Positions 32,522 through 42,828 of a stretch of DNA of 64,000 nucleotides are shown one piece after another (position 1 is the stretch's first letter; the number at the start of each line of letters is the position of its first letter). The translations under genes were made by a program, and so were the position numbers. The DNA comes from Candidatus Latescibacterota bacterium (GTDB lineage: Bacteria; Krumholzibacteriota; Krumholzibacteriia; WVZY01; JAKEHA01), in the NCBI GenBank assembly GCA_963707635.1, contig OY970173.1, positions 736,001 through 800,000 on the forward strand, read 5' to 3'. A model generated the notes under the pieces. It made no database searches. It was given only the letters and a program-made list of their open reading frames with translations, and was not told the origin of the DNA.

Positions 32522-33526
32522 ATGAGTCTCGGGTTCCTCGAGGACAAGGCCGACCCGGGCGAGATCGTCCGGGAGAAGAACCGTTACGTTCTGGCGCTCT
32601 TGCCGTACGAAGAGACGACGACCTACGGCAAGGGCGTGGGCCGCGCGCCGGAAGCGATCGTCGAGGCGTCGAGCCACGTCGAGCTCTTCGACGAAGTGCT
32701 CAAGGTCGACGCTTCGCGCCACGGCATCCTCACCGTCCGCCCCCCCGTCACCGACCTCGCTTCCATCACGCGCGCCGCGCGGCGGCTGCGCGACGAGCAC
32801 CCGGACGCGCTGCTGGGGTTTCTCGGCGGCGAGCACTCGGTGACCCCGGCCCTGGTCGAAGCCTTCGCGCGGCCGAACCTGGGGGTCGTCTGGATCGACG
32901 CCCACGCCGACCTGCGCGAGCAATTCCACGGGCGCGGTGACAACCATGCCTGCGCCGGCCGCAACACGATGCGCTTCGGTCCGATCGTGCAGGTGGGAGT
33001 CCGCACCCTGGCCGAGGAGGAATGGGCGGTGCTCAACTCCACCGACCGGGTGCGCGCGCACCGCACCTGGACGAAGAAGACCCGCGCGGACGTGCTTGCG
33101 CTGCCGGACGACGTGTACCTCACCGTCGACTTCGACGGCTTCTCGCCCGAGGTGATTCGAGCCGTCGGCACGCCGGAGCCCGGCGGGCTGTACTGGGAAG
33201 AAGTGATGGATATCCTCGACACCGTGTTCCGCCACAAGCACGTGGTGGCGTTCGACGCGGTGGAGCTGTGCCCGAACGACGCCGACATCGCATCGTCGTT
33301 CACCGCCGCCCGCCTGGTCTACAAGGTGATGAACTACGACGCCTACTACGAGGTGGAGGAGCGCGGCGGCCGGAGGGGGTCGAAGAAGCGGAAACGAAAA
33401 CGAAAGACGCGAACCGGGCCCAGCCGGCCCGCGCGGCCGGTCCGGGCCAGCCGGGAGGCACGCCGGCGGCGGGAGCGGAAGGCGCGTTCGACCGGAGTGC
33501 GCCGGGCTACTTCGCGCGAACGATGA
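32522..33526 (+). CDS. speB: Agmatinase with Arg/Lys-rich C-terminal tail
   Basis: GGEHSVT, IDAHADLR, TVDFDGF, GTPEPGGL, DAVELCP. Confidence 0.9.
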   Translation: MSLGFLEDKADPGEIVREKNRYVLALLPYEETTTYGKGVGRAPEAIVEASSHVELFDEVLKVDASRHGILTVRPPVTDLASITRAARRLRDEHPDALLGFLGGEHSVTPALVEAFARPNLGVVWIDAHADLREQFHGRGDNHACAGRNTMRFGPIVQVGVRTLAEEEWAVLNSTDRVRAHRTWTKKTRADVLALPDDVYLTVDFDGFSPEVIRAVGTPEPGGLYWEEVMDILDTVFRHKHVVAFDAVELCPNDADIASSFTAARLVYKVMNYDAYYEVEERGGRRGSKKRKRKRKTRTGPSRPARPVRASREARRRRERKARSTGVRRATSRER

Positions 33527-33821
33527 AGTAGACGCCGAGGACGATGAGGAGGATCGGGAACACCGGCTGCTGGAGGATCCCCAGCGAATGCAGCAGCCAG
33601 ACGATCCCCAGACCGACCAGCGCGAGCCCGAGCCGCGGGGAGCCTTTCGAGGCCGGCGCGGCGCCCGTACCCGGGACCGACGGCGCCGGACCCAGTTCGT
33701 CCTTCAGCGTGCCCTTGCCCTTGTCAAACGCGTCTTCCAGGACGTGAACCCCCTGGCTAACGGCCCCCGAGACGCGTTCCGCGGCGCGATCCAGACGCTG
33801 TTCCCACTGTTTCTGATCCAT
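33507..33821 (-). CDS. Small membrane protein (LiaF/DUF5668-like C-terminus)
   Basis: GLALVGLGIVWLLHSLGIL...FPILLIVLGVYFI. Confidence 0.6.
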   Translation of the reverse strand: MDQKQWEQRLDRAAERVSGAVSQGVHVLEDAFDKGKGTLKDELGPAPSVPGTGAAPASKGSPRLGLALVGLGIVWLLHSLGILQQPVFPILLIVLGVYFIVRAK

Positions 33822-33859
33822 GCAGAAATCCTAGCACAGCCCTCGCGGAGCGACTCCAG

Positions 33860-35098
33860 CTAATTCCGGATGGCGGGGATGCGTCGCGACGCAATCATCA
33901 GGACCACCACGCTGGCCACGAGCAGGAACACCAGGCCGGCCAGGAACACGTAGACCATTTCGAGCGAGTACGCGGTCTTGATCGGCCCCACCAGCTGCAC
34001 CGCGCTCGCCCCCACGCCGAAATTGAGCACGAACTTCACCGCGAAGCTCGTGCTGCGCCAGCGCACCGGCGTGATGGCCGCGATCAGGCTGTTCTCGATG
34101 GGCTGCATGCCGAAGCTGAAGAAGCCGTAGGCGGCGGCGCACGCCACCAGCGCGACCTCGCTGGTGAACGCCATCGCGAGCAGAAAGGGGAGGCTCGCCG
34201 CGTGGAACGCGAGGTAGGCCCGGCGCAGCTCCATCCGGTCCGCGAGCCGCCCGCCCGCCAGCTGCCCGAAGAGACCCGCGAACATCACCACCGACGCGAG
34301 GATCGACGCCGCCAGCGTCGCGGTGCGGTGGCGCTCGGGGAGCGGGAGGCGCGCGATGAAATCGGTAAGAAACGTGGTGTGGAGCTCCATGTAGGCGGGC
34401 AGCAGCAGCATGTTGCCGCGATACACGATCCCACCCAGCACCAGCGCCACGCATAGGATCATGAAATACGGCGCCATCGCGCGGCCGTCCGGCTCCGCGC
34501 GGGTCGTGGTCGGGCGAATCGTTTCGTCCACATGGACGCGCGTCAACGCGCCCGCCGTGACCAGCCCGGCGCCGCCGAGCACCACCAGCGCGACCTGCCA
34601 CCCGAATGCCCACGCGAGCAACCCCGTGACCAGCGGCGCCAACGCGATGCCCAGGCTGCCGAACACGCCGTTGACGCCCAGCGCGAGACCACGCAGCCGG
34701 ACCGTGTGGGAAATGAGAGCGATCCCCGCGGGGTGATAGACGCTCGCGCCGACGCCCACCACCGCCAGCGCCACGGCCATGACGAGCGGACCCGGAAATG
34801 CCCCCGCCACGATGAGCCCCGCCCCCATCAGAAAGACGCCGCCCACCAGCAGCGGCTTGGCGCGGTAGCGGTCGGCGAGGAGACCCACCGGGAGCGCCAG
34901 CACTCCGTAGAGGAGGTACATGAAGAAGCTCAACTTCACCACGTCTTCGAGCGGCATGCCGAACGCGGCCGTGAGCGGCATCGTGATCGCCGGAAACGCG
35001 AGGGTGAGGAAGTGGGTGAAGAAGTGCCCGGGCGAGGTGACGAGGAGGATGCGGTGTTCCTCGTCGCTGAACTCGTGCATGCGACGGAATAGATTCAT
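33860..35098 (-). CDS. MFS transporter
   Basis: About 12 TM helices, GLLADRYRAK and GGRLADR motif-A-like loops, SVYHPAG. Confidence 0.9.
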   Translation of the reverse strand: MNLFRRMHEFSDEEHRILLVTSPGHFFTHFLTLAFPAITMPLTAAFGMPLEDVVKLSFFMYLLYGVLALPVGLLADRYRAKPLLVGGVFLMGAGLIVAGAFPGPLVMAVALAVVGVGASVYHPAGIALISHTVRLRGLALGVNGVFGSLGIALAPLVTGLLAWAFGWQVALVVLGGAGLVTAGALTRVHVDETIRPTTTRAEPDGRAMAPYFMILCVALVLGGIVYRGNMLLLPAYMELHTTFLTDFIARLPLPERHRTATLAASILASVVMFAGLFGQLAGGRLADRMELRRAYLAFHAASLPFLLAMAFTSEVALVACAAAYGFFSFGMQPIENSLIAAITPVRWRSTSFAVKFVLNFGVGASAVQLVGPIKTAYSLEMVYVFLAGLVFLLVASVVVLMIASRRIPAIRN

Positions 35099-35206
35099 GG
35101 GGTGTGGTAACGAGGGCGCGCGGGTGTCCGCGCGGCGGATTCTATGGTAGCATCGCGACGCCTGCCAACGCCTTTCCTCCCGTCTTTCCACCGCGCGGGC
35201 CCAACC

Positions 35207-36256
35207 ATGAGGCGTTTCCTTTCCATCGTCTTCCTCGCATTGTGTTGCCTCGGCCTGCAACCGTTGTATGCCGCCGAGGCCCGTGTGGTCGAGAACTCCG
35301 ACCATGGGCTCTGGGACGACGAGCCCCGCAAGAACGTGCACCTGCTCGAAGCGCTCATCCTGGGATCCGAAGCCGGGGATGACGCCTTCGGGCGGATCGC
35401 CGACGTGGCGGTGGACTCGCGCGGGCGGTGGCTCGTCCTGGACGCGGAGTCCTCGTGCGTGAAGGTCTATCACCCGGACAGCCTTACCATTAAGACCATC
35501 GGGCGAAAGGGTGAACTGCCCGGCGAATTCGACCGGCCGACCGCGCTCGCCATCGACGCCGGCGACCGCATCTACGTGGCCAGCGGGGACGGGCGCATCG
35601 CCGTGTTTGGCCCGCACGGGAAGCTGCTCGACGAGTTTCGGCACATGTTCCACAGCGCCGTCATTCGCGGATTGAAGGTCACGCCGGAGGGAACCTACAT
35701 CGCGAGCTTCGACACCGTGGATGACAAGCTCGTGCACCGCTACGACGCCACGCACCGATTCCTGTCCTCGTTTGCGGACTCGTGGAGCGCGGGCGAGTCC
35801 ATGCCCCTCGACGAAGCGCTGGCCTGGAACGGCGGGACGATCGACGTGGACGCCGATGGGTTCGTCTACTGCACGCAGCTGACGCCGTATGAGATCCGCA
35901 AGTTCACGCCTGAGGGCGAGCTGCTGCTCACGATCCACCGCCAAAACGCCTTCAAACCGCCGCGGATCGAGCGGAGGACCGACGGTGCCACGTTCTACCC
36001 CTACAGCGCGTCGATCGGCATCCTCGCATTGCCCGACGGCAAGATCATGAACGTTGCGACCTACCTGCCGTCGGACCAGAACATCGCAAGCGCCGTGACC
36101 ATCATCGACGTGTTCGATGCCGACGGGCGGCTCCTGAAGTCGCGAAGGCTTTCGCGCTCGACTTCAATACGATACCGCGACGCACGCGGCTTTCTGTACG
36201 CGATCGAGCAGCGCGAGGTGCCGCAGGTGGTCAAGTACCGACTGGTGTTCCAATGA
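35207..36256 (+). CDS. Secreted NHL/6-bladed beta-propeller protein
   Basis: Signal peptide; IGRKGELPGEFDRPTALAID NHL repeat. Confidence 0.8.
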   Translation: MRRFLSIVFLALCCLGLQPLYAAEARVVENSDHGLWDDEPRKNVHLLEALILGSEAGDDAFGRIADVAVDSRGRWLVLDAESSCVKVYHPDSLTIKTIGRKGELPGEFDRPTALAIDAGDRIYVASGDGRIAVFGPHGKLLDEFRHMFHSAVIRGLKVTPEGTYIASFDTVDDKLVHRYDATHRFLSSFADSWSAGESMPLDEALAWNGGTIDVDADGFVYCTQLTPYEIRKFTPEGELLLTIHRQNAFKPPRIERRTDGATFYPYSASIGILALPDGKIMNVATYLPSDQNIASAVTIIDVFDADGRLLKSRRLSRSTSIRYRDARGFLYAIEQREVPQVVKYRLVFQ

Positions 36257-36372
36257 ATCCCGGTGTCATTTTTGTTGACACGCCCCTGCCGGTGGGATCA
36301 ACCTTCAGCGTTGGTTGGTTTGACGAGGTGTTCGGGCATGTCTCGAACGCCCAAGAAAGGAAGGGAACCACA

Positions 36373-36573
36373 ATGGCAGCCAAGAGGAAAGCCAAGAGAA
36401 AAGTCAGAAGGACGAAGCGCAAAGTCAGGCGCGTTGTCCGCAAGGTGAGACGCAAGGTTCGCCGGGCCAAGCGCAAGGTGCGCCGGGTCAAGCGCAAAGT
36501 GACTCGCGCCAAGCGCAAAGTGCGCCGGCGCCGGGTCAAGCGCGCTGTTGCCGCCGCTGCGCCCGAGATGTAG
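36373..36573 (+). CDS. 66-aa Arg/Lys-rich basic protein (protamine/histone-like)
   Basis: AAGGAAGGGA RBS; MAAKRKAKRKVRRTKRKVRRVVRKVRR... with KRKVRRx heptads; followed by terminator. Confidence 0.75.
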   Translation: MAAKRKAKRKVRRTKRKVRRVVRKVRRKVRRAKRKVRRVKRKVTRAKRKVRRRRVKRAVAAAAPEM

Positions 36574-36606
36574 TCTGACGTCGCGGCCCTGACGGGTCGT
36601 GGCGTG

Positions 36607-36645
36607 GGGAAGGGAAGCCTCGATGGCTTCCCTTCCCTTTTTTTT
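36607..36645 (+). terminator. Rho-independent terminator
   Basis: GGGAAGGGAAGCC-tcgat-GGCTTCCCTTCCC followed by T8. Confidence 0.9.
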
Positions 36646-36776
36646 GGACCCTCGTCCGTGATAGAATTCGCCACAGGCAACGCCCTCTCCTCCGTCATTC
36701 TCCTCCCTCTATAGATGGTCGCGGTACCCGCAGCGTGTATGCGCCTGCGGGCGGGTTCGGGCTGGGAGGTCGGGTC

Positions 36777-38376
36777 ATGCATACCACCGTATTCTCCGGC
36801 GCTATCGTCGGAATCCAAGGCCTCGTCGTCGAAGTCGAAGTGGACATCTCGCGGGGCATTCCCGCGTTCTCGGTAGTGGGATTGCCCAACGCGGCCGTCC
36901 GCGAGAGCCGCGAACGGGTGACCGCCGCCATCAAGAACACGGGCCACCACTTTCCACTAGAACGCATCACCGTCAACCTCGCCCCTGCCGACGTCAAGAA
37001 AGAGGGATCCGCGTACGATCTGGCCATCGCGGTCGGGATCCTGCTGGCGTCGGGGCAGGCGGAAGCGACGACGGAGCGCACGCTGTTCATCGGCGAGCTC
37101 GCGCTGGATGGATCGCTCCGGCGGGTGCCGGGTGTGCTGCCGATCCTCCTCCACGGGCGTGCCGCCGGCTTTCGACGCGCCGTGGTGCCGCTCGCGAACC
37201 TCGATGAAGCCCGCGTCGTCGAAGGTGTCGAAGTGATTGCTTGCGAGAACCTGCGGGTAGCGGTGGCCATGGCGCTGGCCCCCGCACCCGCGTCGGCCGG
37301 ATCCCGCCGCAACCGCGCCGCCGGCGATCCGACGGAGGCGAACTTCGACGCTACCGTCGACGGGCGAGTGATCGTGAAGCGGGCCGACGACCCCGTACCC
37401 ACTCCGCCCGCCCCGAACTCGTTCGCGCTCGACATGGCCGACGTGGTCGGGCAGGAGGCGGCCAAGCGGGCGCTTCTCATTGCCGCGGCCGGCGGCCACC
37501 ACGTGCTCATGACCGGTCCTCCGGGGGCAGGCAAGACCATGCTCGCGCGGCGATTCGCGACCATTCTGCCGCCGCTATCGTCCGCGCGATCGATGGAAAC
37601 CACGATGATCTACTCCATCGTCGGGCTTCTTCCGGGCGGGGGGCTCATGACCCTGGCCCCGTTTCGATCGCCGCACCACAGTGCCAGCGACGCGGGCCTG
37701 ATCGGCGGCGGCGGCGTGCCGCGCCCCGGCGAAGTCACCCTCGCGCACAACGGCATCCTCTTTCTCGACGAGCTGCCCGAGTTTCGCCGGCACGTGCTGG
37801 AGACGTTACGCGAGCCGCTGGAGGAGGGGCAGATCACCATTTCCCGGGCTCGCAGCGCCGTCACATTTCCGGCCCGGTTTCAACTGGTGGCGGCGATGAA
37901 CCCCTGCAACTGTGGCAGCCATGGGAGCAAGGTGAACCAATGCAGCTGTTCTCCCTCGACAAATCGAAGCGTATCTCGCAAAAATATCAGGTCCACTGCT
38001 CGATCGAATCGCGATTCACGTGGCTGTGCAACCCGTTGAGCTCGACGCGTGGGGCTCATCGTCGGTCCGGATGACAAGCGCCGCCATGCGAGAGATTGTC
38101 ATTCACGCACGCGAGATCCAGGCGACGTCGATTCGCAGAAGTGGATGGCACGGACTGTAACGCGAGGCTCCCCGAAGGCATGTTCTCGACTTCTTGTTCG
38201 ATGGAGCCGGCGGCCGAGACGCTGTTTGTGCGCGCACAGAAAGTACTCTGGTGAGCGCACGGTCGCGGGGACACATCATTCGCGTGGCGCGGACGGTCGC
38301 GGATTTGGAAGGGAGCGAACGGATCGGAGAGCGGCACGTCGCGGAAGCAGTGGGGTATCGGAGAAGACGTGCGTGA
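36777..38376 (+). pseudogene. comM: ComM / YifB-family Mg-chelatase-like AAA+ ATPase; 3' part has three 1-nt indels (real or sequencing error)
   Basis: VGLPNAAVRESRERV, TVNLAPADVKKEG, GPPGAGKT, PFRSPHHS, LFLDELPEF, FPARFQLVAAMNPC; frameshifts near 37955, 38125 and 38248 relative to the downstream copies; ends HVAEAVGYR. Confidence 0.9.
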
Positions 38377-38919
38377 CCAAGAGCTTGCGCCGCGACATCG
38401 CTTTCCGAGACACGCGTCCAAACGGCGGCGGGAAAAAAAGCAATTCGGATCAAGAAAACACTAGACAGTTTAGTCCGTTGTTGGCAAACTGGTAATTAAG
38501 AAGGGCCGCGCGCAGTCGTCGCTACAAGGGGGGATTCGGTTGCTGACCGGAGAGCCGATGGGGTTGTCGCTGGTTCACGGCGTCATTTGCGCCGCGTGAA
38601 CCGATCCTATCTTTCTCTAGACGTTTCTCTATCTCCGATTCGCGCGTCGCCTGCCCGCGATCTCGACTCCTGAACCTACACAAGTCCCTGGTTACCCGTG
38701 GCACATCAGGTCGTCGGGGAGATCACGAAGGGGGATGGGTCAACTAGCCGCGTCTCCGGAAAACCCAGCGCGGACCACACGGGAGGTCAAGGAGTCGATA
38801 ACAAGAGATGTCGTGGATACTTTCCTTGCCTTTTTCGGTCCCGATCTTGCCGATGCAGATGAAGCTGTCACTGCGGATGGATCAAGGTTGAGGAGCAAGT
38901 CAATAGGAGGGGACTGCTG

Positions 38920-39522
38920 ATGGCTACGACCCGACGCCTTCTACCTGCCGCCATGGGGTTTGTGCTGTGTCTGCTGTGGGTAGGAAAGCAACCCTTCGCC
39001 ACAACAATTGAACTGTCCGCTACGAAAGTTTACTACTTCTGTCAGGGGTCAGATGACCCTGGGAAGGTCATTGTCTACGCGCGCATGTCGTTCAATTTGG
39101 GAAGCACGGCCGTGCGGTTCAAGGTCCAGGCGAATCCCGAACTGACGTGGACCTACCTCACCGAAACACCTTTGTTCCCCACATTCGTGGGGAACACACA
39201 GACCGGGATCGAGATCTGTTTTGAACAGTGCAACATGGACGCTCAGGCTCCGCTGGTTAGGATCGAATACATGGCGTACGGCACGAGCGCGATCTGCAGC
39301 GGACGACTGTTCGTCGTTCCGCATCCAAGCGCTGAAACAGTAGACGTGATTAACTGCAACGGCGTGCCGAGCGCAGCGATTACTCTACCGCTTGTGGTGG
39401 GCGGCATATGTGCTTGTCCCTCGGCGCGTAGCTACCCGGGGACGCCTCATGTGTTCGATTGCATGGCTGTGTTGACAAGGACGAGCACGTGGGGTGCAAT
39501 TAAGGCGCTCTACAGCAACTGA
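38920..39522 (+). CDS. Cys-rich secreted protein with C-terminal TWGxxKALY motif
   Basis: GGAGG RBS, signal peptide, ends TRTSTWGAIKALYSN. Confidence 0.8.
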   Translation: MATTRRLLPAAMGFVLCLLWVGKQPFATTIELSATKVYYFCQGSDDPGKVIVYARMSFNLGSTAVRFKVQANPELTWTYLTETPLFPTFVGNTQTGIEICFEQCNMDAQAPLVRIEYMAYGTSAICSGRLFVVPHPSAETVDVINCNGVPSAAITLPLVVGGICACPSARSYPGTPHVFDCMAVLTRTSTWGAIKALYSN

Positions 39523-39616
39523 CAATTGGAGGGGCTTATTGCTGATCGTCTGATCTGAATGTGTTTTTCAGTGGTCCATTAATGGGGCGGCCGCAACCTT
39601 TGGGGAGGAGAGAAAA

Positions 39617-42600
39617 ATGGAGTTGCGAGTCCGTCTTATTTGGTCACTTGTTTTCGTTTACCTTCTTACCTCGGCGCCGGGTCAGGCAGAGGAGATCGAC
39701 CCGGTCTACTGCGCGCTACTCCCGGATTCCGTCACACTGTCACTTGGTGGCATCGCTGAGTTGGTTCATCCATTCGGGTCGGATACTACAACCTACCCGA
39801 ACGAGTTTGACCCCGACTCAACGAGCCTGTCCAAAGCATTCTCGCAGGTCTTCAGACTTTACTTGACGGACAGCGTGTCGAATCGATGGTCGCGAAGCGA
39901 ATGGGAGGGAATAGTCACCACGATCATGAACAATGACACCACCACGACTGATGATGATGTCTTTGGTCGGGTGTGGGGCTACTTTGTCCGTGATGGGAGG
40001 GACTTGAATCCTTACTACGCGGGCGTGCGGTACACCGCCGTGGAGGAGGGCGACACGTTCACTACCATCGACTTGTACCTGTACGATGCATCGGATATTC
40101 CCTGCCCGTGCACGAGTGAATATGGCCAGACCTGCAACGGGTATTCGCAGTATTTGGGCGACAATAAACTTGTGATCAATGCCAACGATTCCCAGTGTCC
40201 TCCGGACTCAGGATGTGCAAATTGCGCGCCTATTACCCTCGAGGATATGCTGGGCATGGGCATCGCACACGAGCTTCAGCACCTCTGCTTCGCGATCAAC
40301 GATCAAAACGGCTACGCAGGCATTAACGAGACGTTGTCGACGCTCGCTGAGTACTTTATGGACGTTTGGCGTCCGCTTGCTTTTGATATTCCCTATGATG
40401 CGTCTTTCATGGACATCGAGCACTGTGATGTCCCGTCTTGCGAGTTTTGCGGACAGCCGCCGAAATACCAGGTGTACAAGCCGTGGATGATCCACCTCTA
40501 TGAAGTGTTCAAGGGAAACACGGCGGATCCTACGGACGACCTACTATACCGCTGGATTCGCAATGATGATCCTAGCGTTTTTCGACTTTACCTAAGTCAG
40601 CTGGCCGATGTGCTTTGGGACGATGACTTCGATTGGATGGGGGGCGCGGATGCCGTGGACCGTTTTACGAAAGCATACGGGGATTACCTCGTAGCGAAAT
40701 TCTGCAATGCGCCGAGTTTCAGCGCGCACGGTGAGTTTGGACATGGACCCGTTAATACCGTTGAGAAGTTCGGTTACTTCCTGGATAACTGTGACACGGA
40801 GGGGATAGGGGTTCCTGAAGAGCCAGTGGACTGCCCCCCGTACGAAAACTCCAACAACTGGGGTTGCTGGAACGTGCGCGTGCTTGCACCGTCGTACGAA
40901 TTGACTGACGACAACGAGAACGTGCTGGCGAGCGCGTTGGGTGTTTATCAGAACGGCGACGACACGCCTGCCGTCACTGAATGGGATACGTCGAGGGACT
41001 ATATTGATGTGTACGTGTGGGGAACCGATTACATCGTATTTCGCGCTGGCGCGTACTTTGAGGATGGAGGCGAGCATGAACTGCGGATCCGTGTGGGCGG
41101 AACGGACATAGAGCATAACCTGGCGATTCGACCGATTGGTCGAATCATGGCGTACGGAGCTGATCAAGACACACTCCAGATGCACCCGGATGACCTATTG
41201 TTCGTCGAACCGATGACGTTCTCGCCCGCCACGACGTCCGGGGACACGGTGCTTGCCGAAACAGTGACCGTCACGGACTTCGGGCGGTCCGTGAAGGTTG
41301 TTGTGCTCGCCATCGGTGCCGCGGGCACGAGTATCGACAGAGATTACCCGTATAACGGCTTCGTTTATGAGTACGAATATGGCGTTTTCACGCCCGGTCC
41401 ATCAACGCGTACGTGGCAAGGCGATGTCTTCGCGCTGGGCGACGTCACAGTTCTTCCGGGTGGAACGCTAGACGTCGGAGCAGGCACCCGTGTCAAGGTC
41501 TGGCCATTTGATCTTGCGCAGGGAGGCGCAGATGAGGACCGCATCGAGTTGAACGTGGAGGGTCAGCTGGTTGTTGACGGCACCTCAGCAGACCCGATTG
41601 TCTTCGATTCCTGGGACGCCGCAACGACGTGGGATTGGGTTGGCTTCTATTTCGATAGCCAGAGTGCCGGCGGGACCTTTGACCACTGTGTCATTGGCCA
41701 TGCGCTGTACGGCATTGAGTCCTACGCGCCCGTCACGGTAGCGAACACGACCATCGAGTCCTGTATCATCGGCGTGCTCGCTCGCAACGGAGGCAGCGCG
41801 CTGGTGCAGAACTGTACCCTCTCCGACATCGACTATATGGGAATCATAGTCGAGAACAACTCCACGGTCGTTCGCAATAGCACGGTGCAGCGCGTAGGCG
41901 CAAATGCGCTGGATGTCCGGTACCCAGCGGGCGTCGTGGTCCGCAACTCGACGTTCAAGGACTCGGATCAGGGCGTCTACCTGAGGTCCACGGCCTGGGA
42001 GAGCGTGGACATCGATTCCTCGTGCATCTTCTCAAACAACGACATTGGCATTAACGGGTTCGGCACAGGGACGAGCTGCGTCATCAAGAACTCTACCTTC
42101 GATGGAAACACGAGCAACGCCATCCTGTGTGATGGGGGAAGCAGCCCCGTCATTGACGGGAACGGGTTTAACTACAACGCTGTGGCTGTGTACTGCAGGC
42201 AAAGTTCTTCCCCGACAATCACGAATAATTCAATGGTGCACTTCACCGAGGGAGTTGTCGTGACGACGAGCTCTAATCCGGACATCGGCCACTACAGCAG
42301 CACGGGCAACAACCAGATCGCGTATCCCGATGACGAGAATGGAAAGTACGTCCATAATTACACGGCGTCGACGATATACGCGCAGAACAACTGTTGGAAC
42401 GTTGGTCTCTCGCCGTGTGCGCCGGCAGCCAGTTGGTTTTCGGGCTCCGTGGATCGGACACATCCAATCTGTTGCATGGTCGAAGAGCCGCAACAGGGGT
42501 TTCAGATTCCAGCCGAGCCGGGAACCGCGACACCGGTGGTGACCGCCTTGAAGGGAATCGTGCCCAATCCCTTCAATCCCACGACGACAATCCACTATGA

Positions 42601-42814
42601 CCTTGCTACGCAGGCAAAGGTTGACTTGAAAGTGTATGACGTGGCGGGCCGGCTGGTGCGCGCCCTGGTGGGCGAGACGAGGCCGGCCGGCAGTCATCAG
42701 GTGGTGTGGGATGGTCGGGACGGGCGAGGGAACCCGACCGCCAGCGGCGTCTACTTCGTCCGCATGATCGCGGACAGCCAGGTGTTCACCAAGAAGATGG
42801 TTCTGTTGAAGTAG
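39617..42814 (+). CDS. Large secreted protein: HExxH metallopeptidase-like region, right-handed beta-helix, C-terminal FlgD-Ig-type domain
   Basis: Signal peptide; IAHELQH...INETLS; repeated NSTF/SSPTI beta-helix turns; PNPFNPTTTIHYDL...WDGRD...SGVYFVRM...KKMVLLK. Confidence 0.8.
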   Translation: MELRVRLIWSLVFVYLLTSAPGQAEEIDPVYCALLPDSVTLSLGGIAELVHPFGSDTTTYPNEFDPDSTSLSKAFSQVFRLYLTDSVSNRWSRSEWEGIVTTIMNNDTTTTDDDVFGRVWGYFVRDGRDLNPYYAGVRYTAVEEGDTFTTIDLYLYDASDIPCPCTSEYGQTCNGYSQYLGDNKLVINANDSQCPPDSGCANCAPITLEDMLGMGIAHELQHLCFAINDQNGYAGINETLSTLAEYFMDVWRPLAFDIPYDASFMDIEHCDVPSCEFCGQPPKYQVYKPWMIHLYEVFKGNTADPTDDLLYRWIRNDDPSVFRLYLSQLADVLWDDDFDWMGGADAVDRFTKAYGDYLVAKFCNAPSFSAHGEFGHGPVNTVEKFGYFLDNCDTEGIGVPEEPVDCPPYENSNNWGCWNVRVLAPSYELTDDNENVLASALGVYQNGDDTPAVTEWDTSRDYIDVYVWGTDYIVFRAGAYFEDGGEHELRIRVGGTDIEHNLAIRPIGRIMAYGADQDTLQMHPDDLLFVEPMTFSPATTSGDTVLAETVTVTDFGRSVKVVVLAIGAAGTSIDRDYPYNGFVYEYEYGVFTPGPSTRTWQGDVFALGDVTVLPGGTLDVGAGTRVKVWPFDLAQGGADEDRIELNVEGQLVVDGTSADPIVFDSWDAATTWDWVGFYFDSQSAGGTFDHCVIGHALYGIESYAPVTVANTTIESCIIGVLARNGGSALVQNCTLSDIDYMGIIVENNSTVVRNSTVQRVGANALDVRYPAGVVVRNSTFKDSDQGVYLRSTAWESVDIDSSCIFSNNDIGINGFGTGTSCVIKNSTFDGNTSNAILCDGGSSPVIDGNGFNYNAVAVYCRQSSSPTITNNSMVHFTEGVVVTTSSNPDIGHYSSTGNNQIAYPDDENGKYVHNYTASTIYAQNNCWNVGLSPCAPAASWFSGSVDRTHPICCMVEEPQQGFQIPAEPGTATPVVTALKGIVPNPFNPTTTIHYDLATQAKVDLKVYDVAGRLVRALVGETRPAGSHQVVWDGRDGRGNPTASGVYFVRMIADSQVFTKKMVLLK

Positions 42815-42828
42815 TGGGAGGGATTCAC

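Noticed and set aside
38735..38920. 61-aa ORF overlapping the start of the 38920 gene
   Set aside because: It has an RBS-like sequence but no recognisable features; support is too weak to call.
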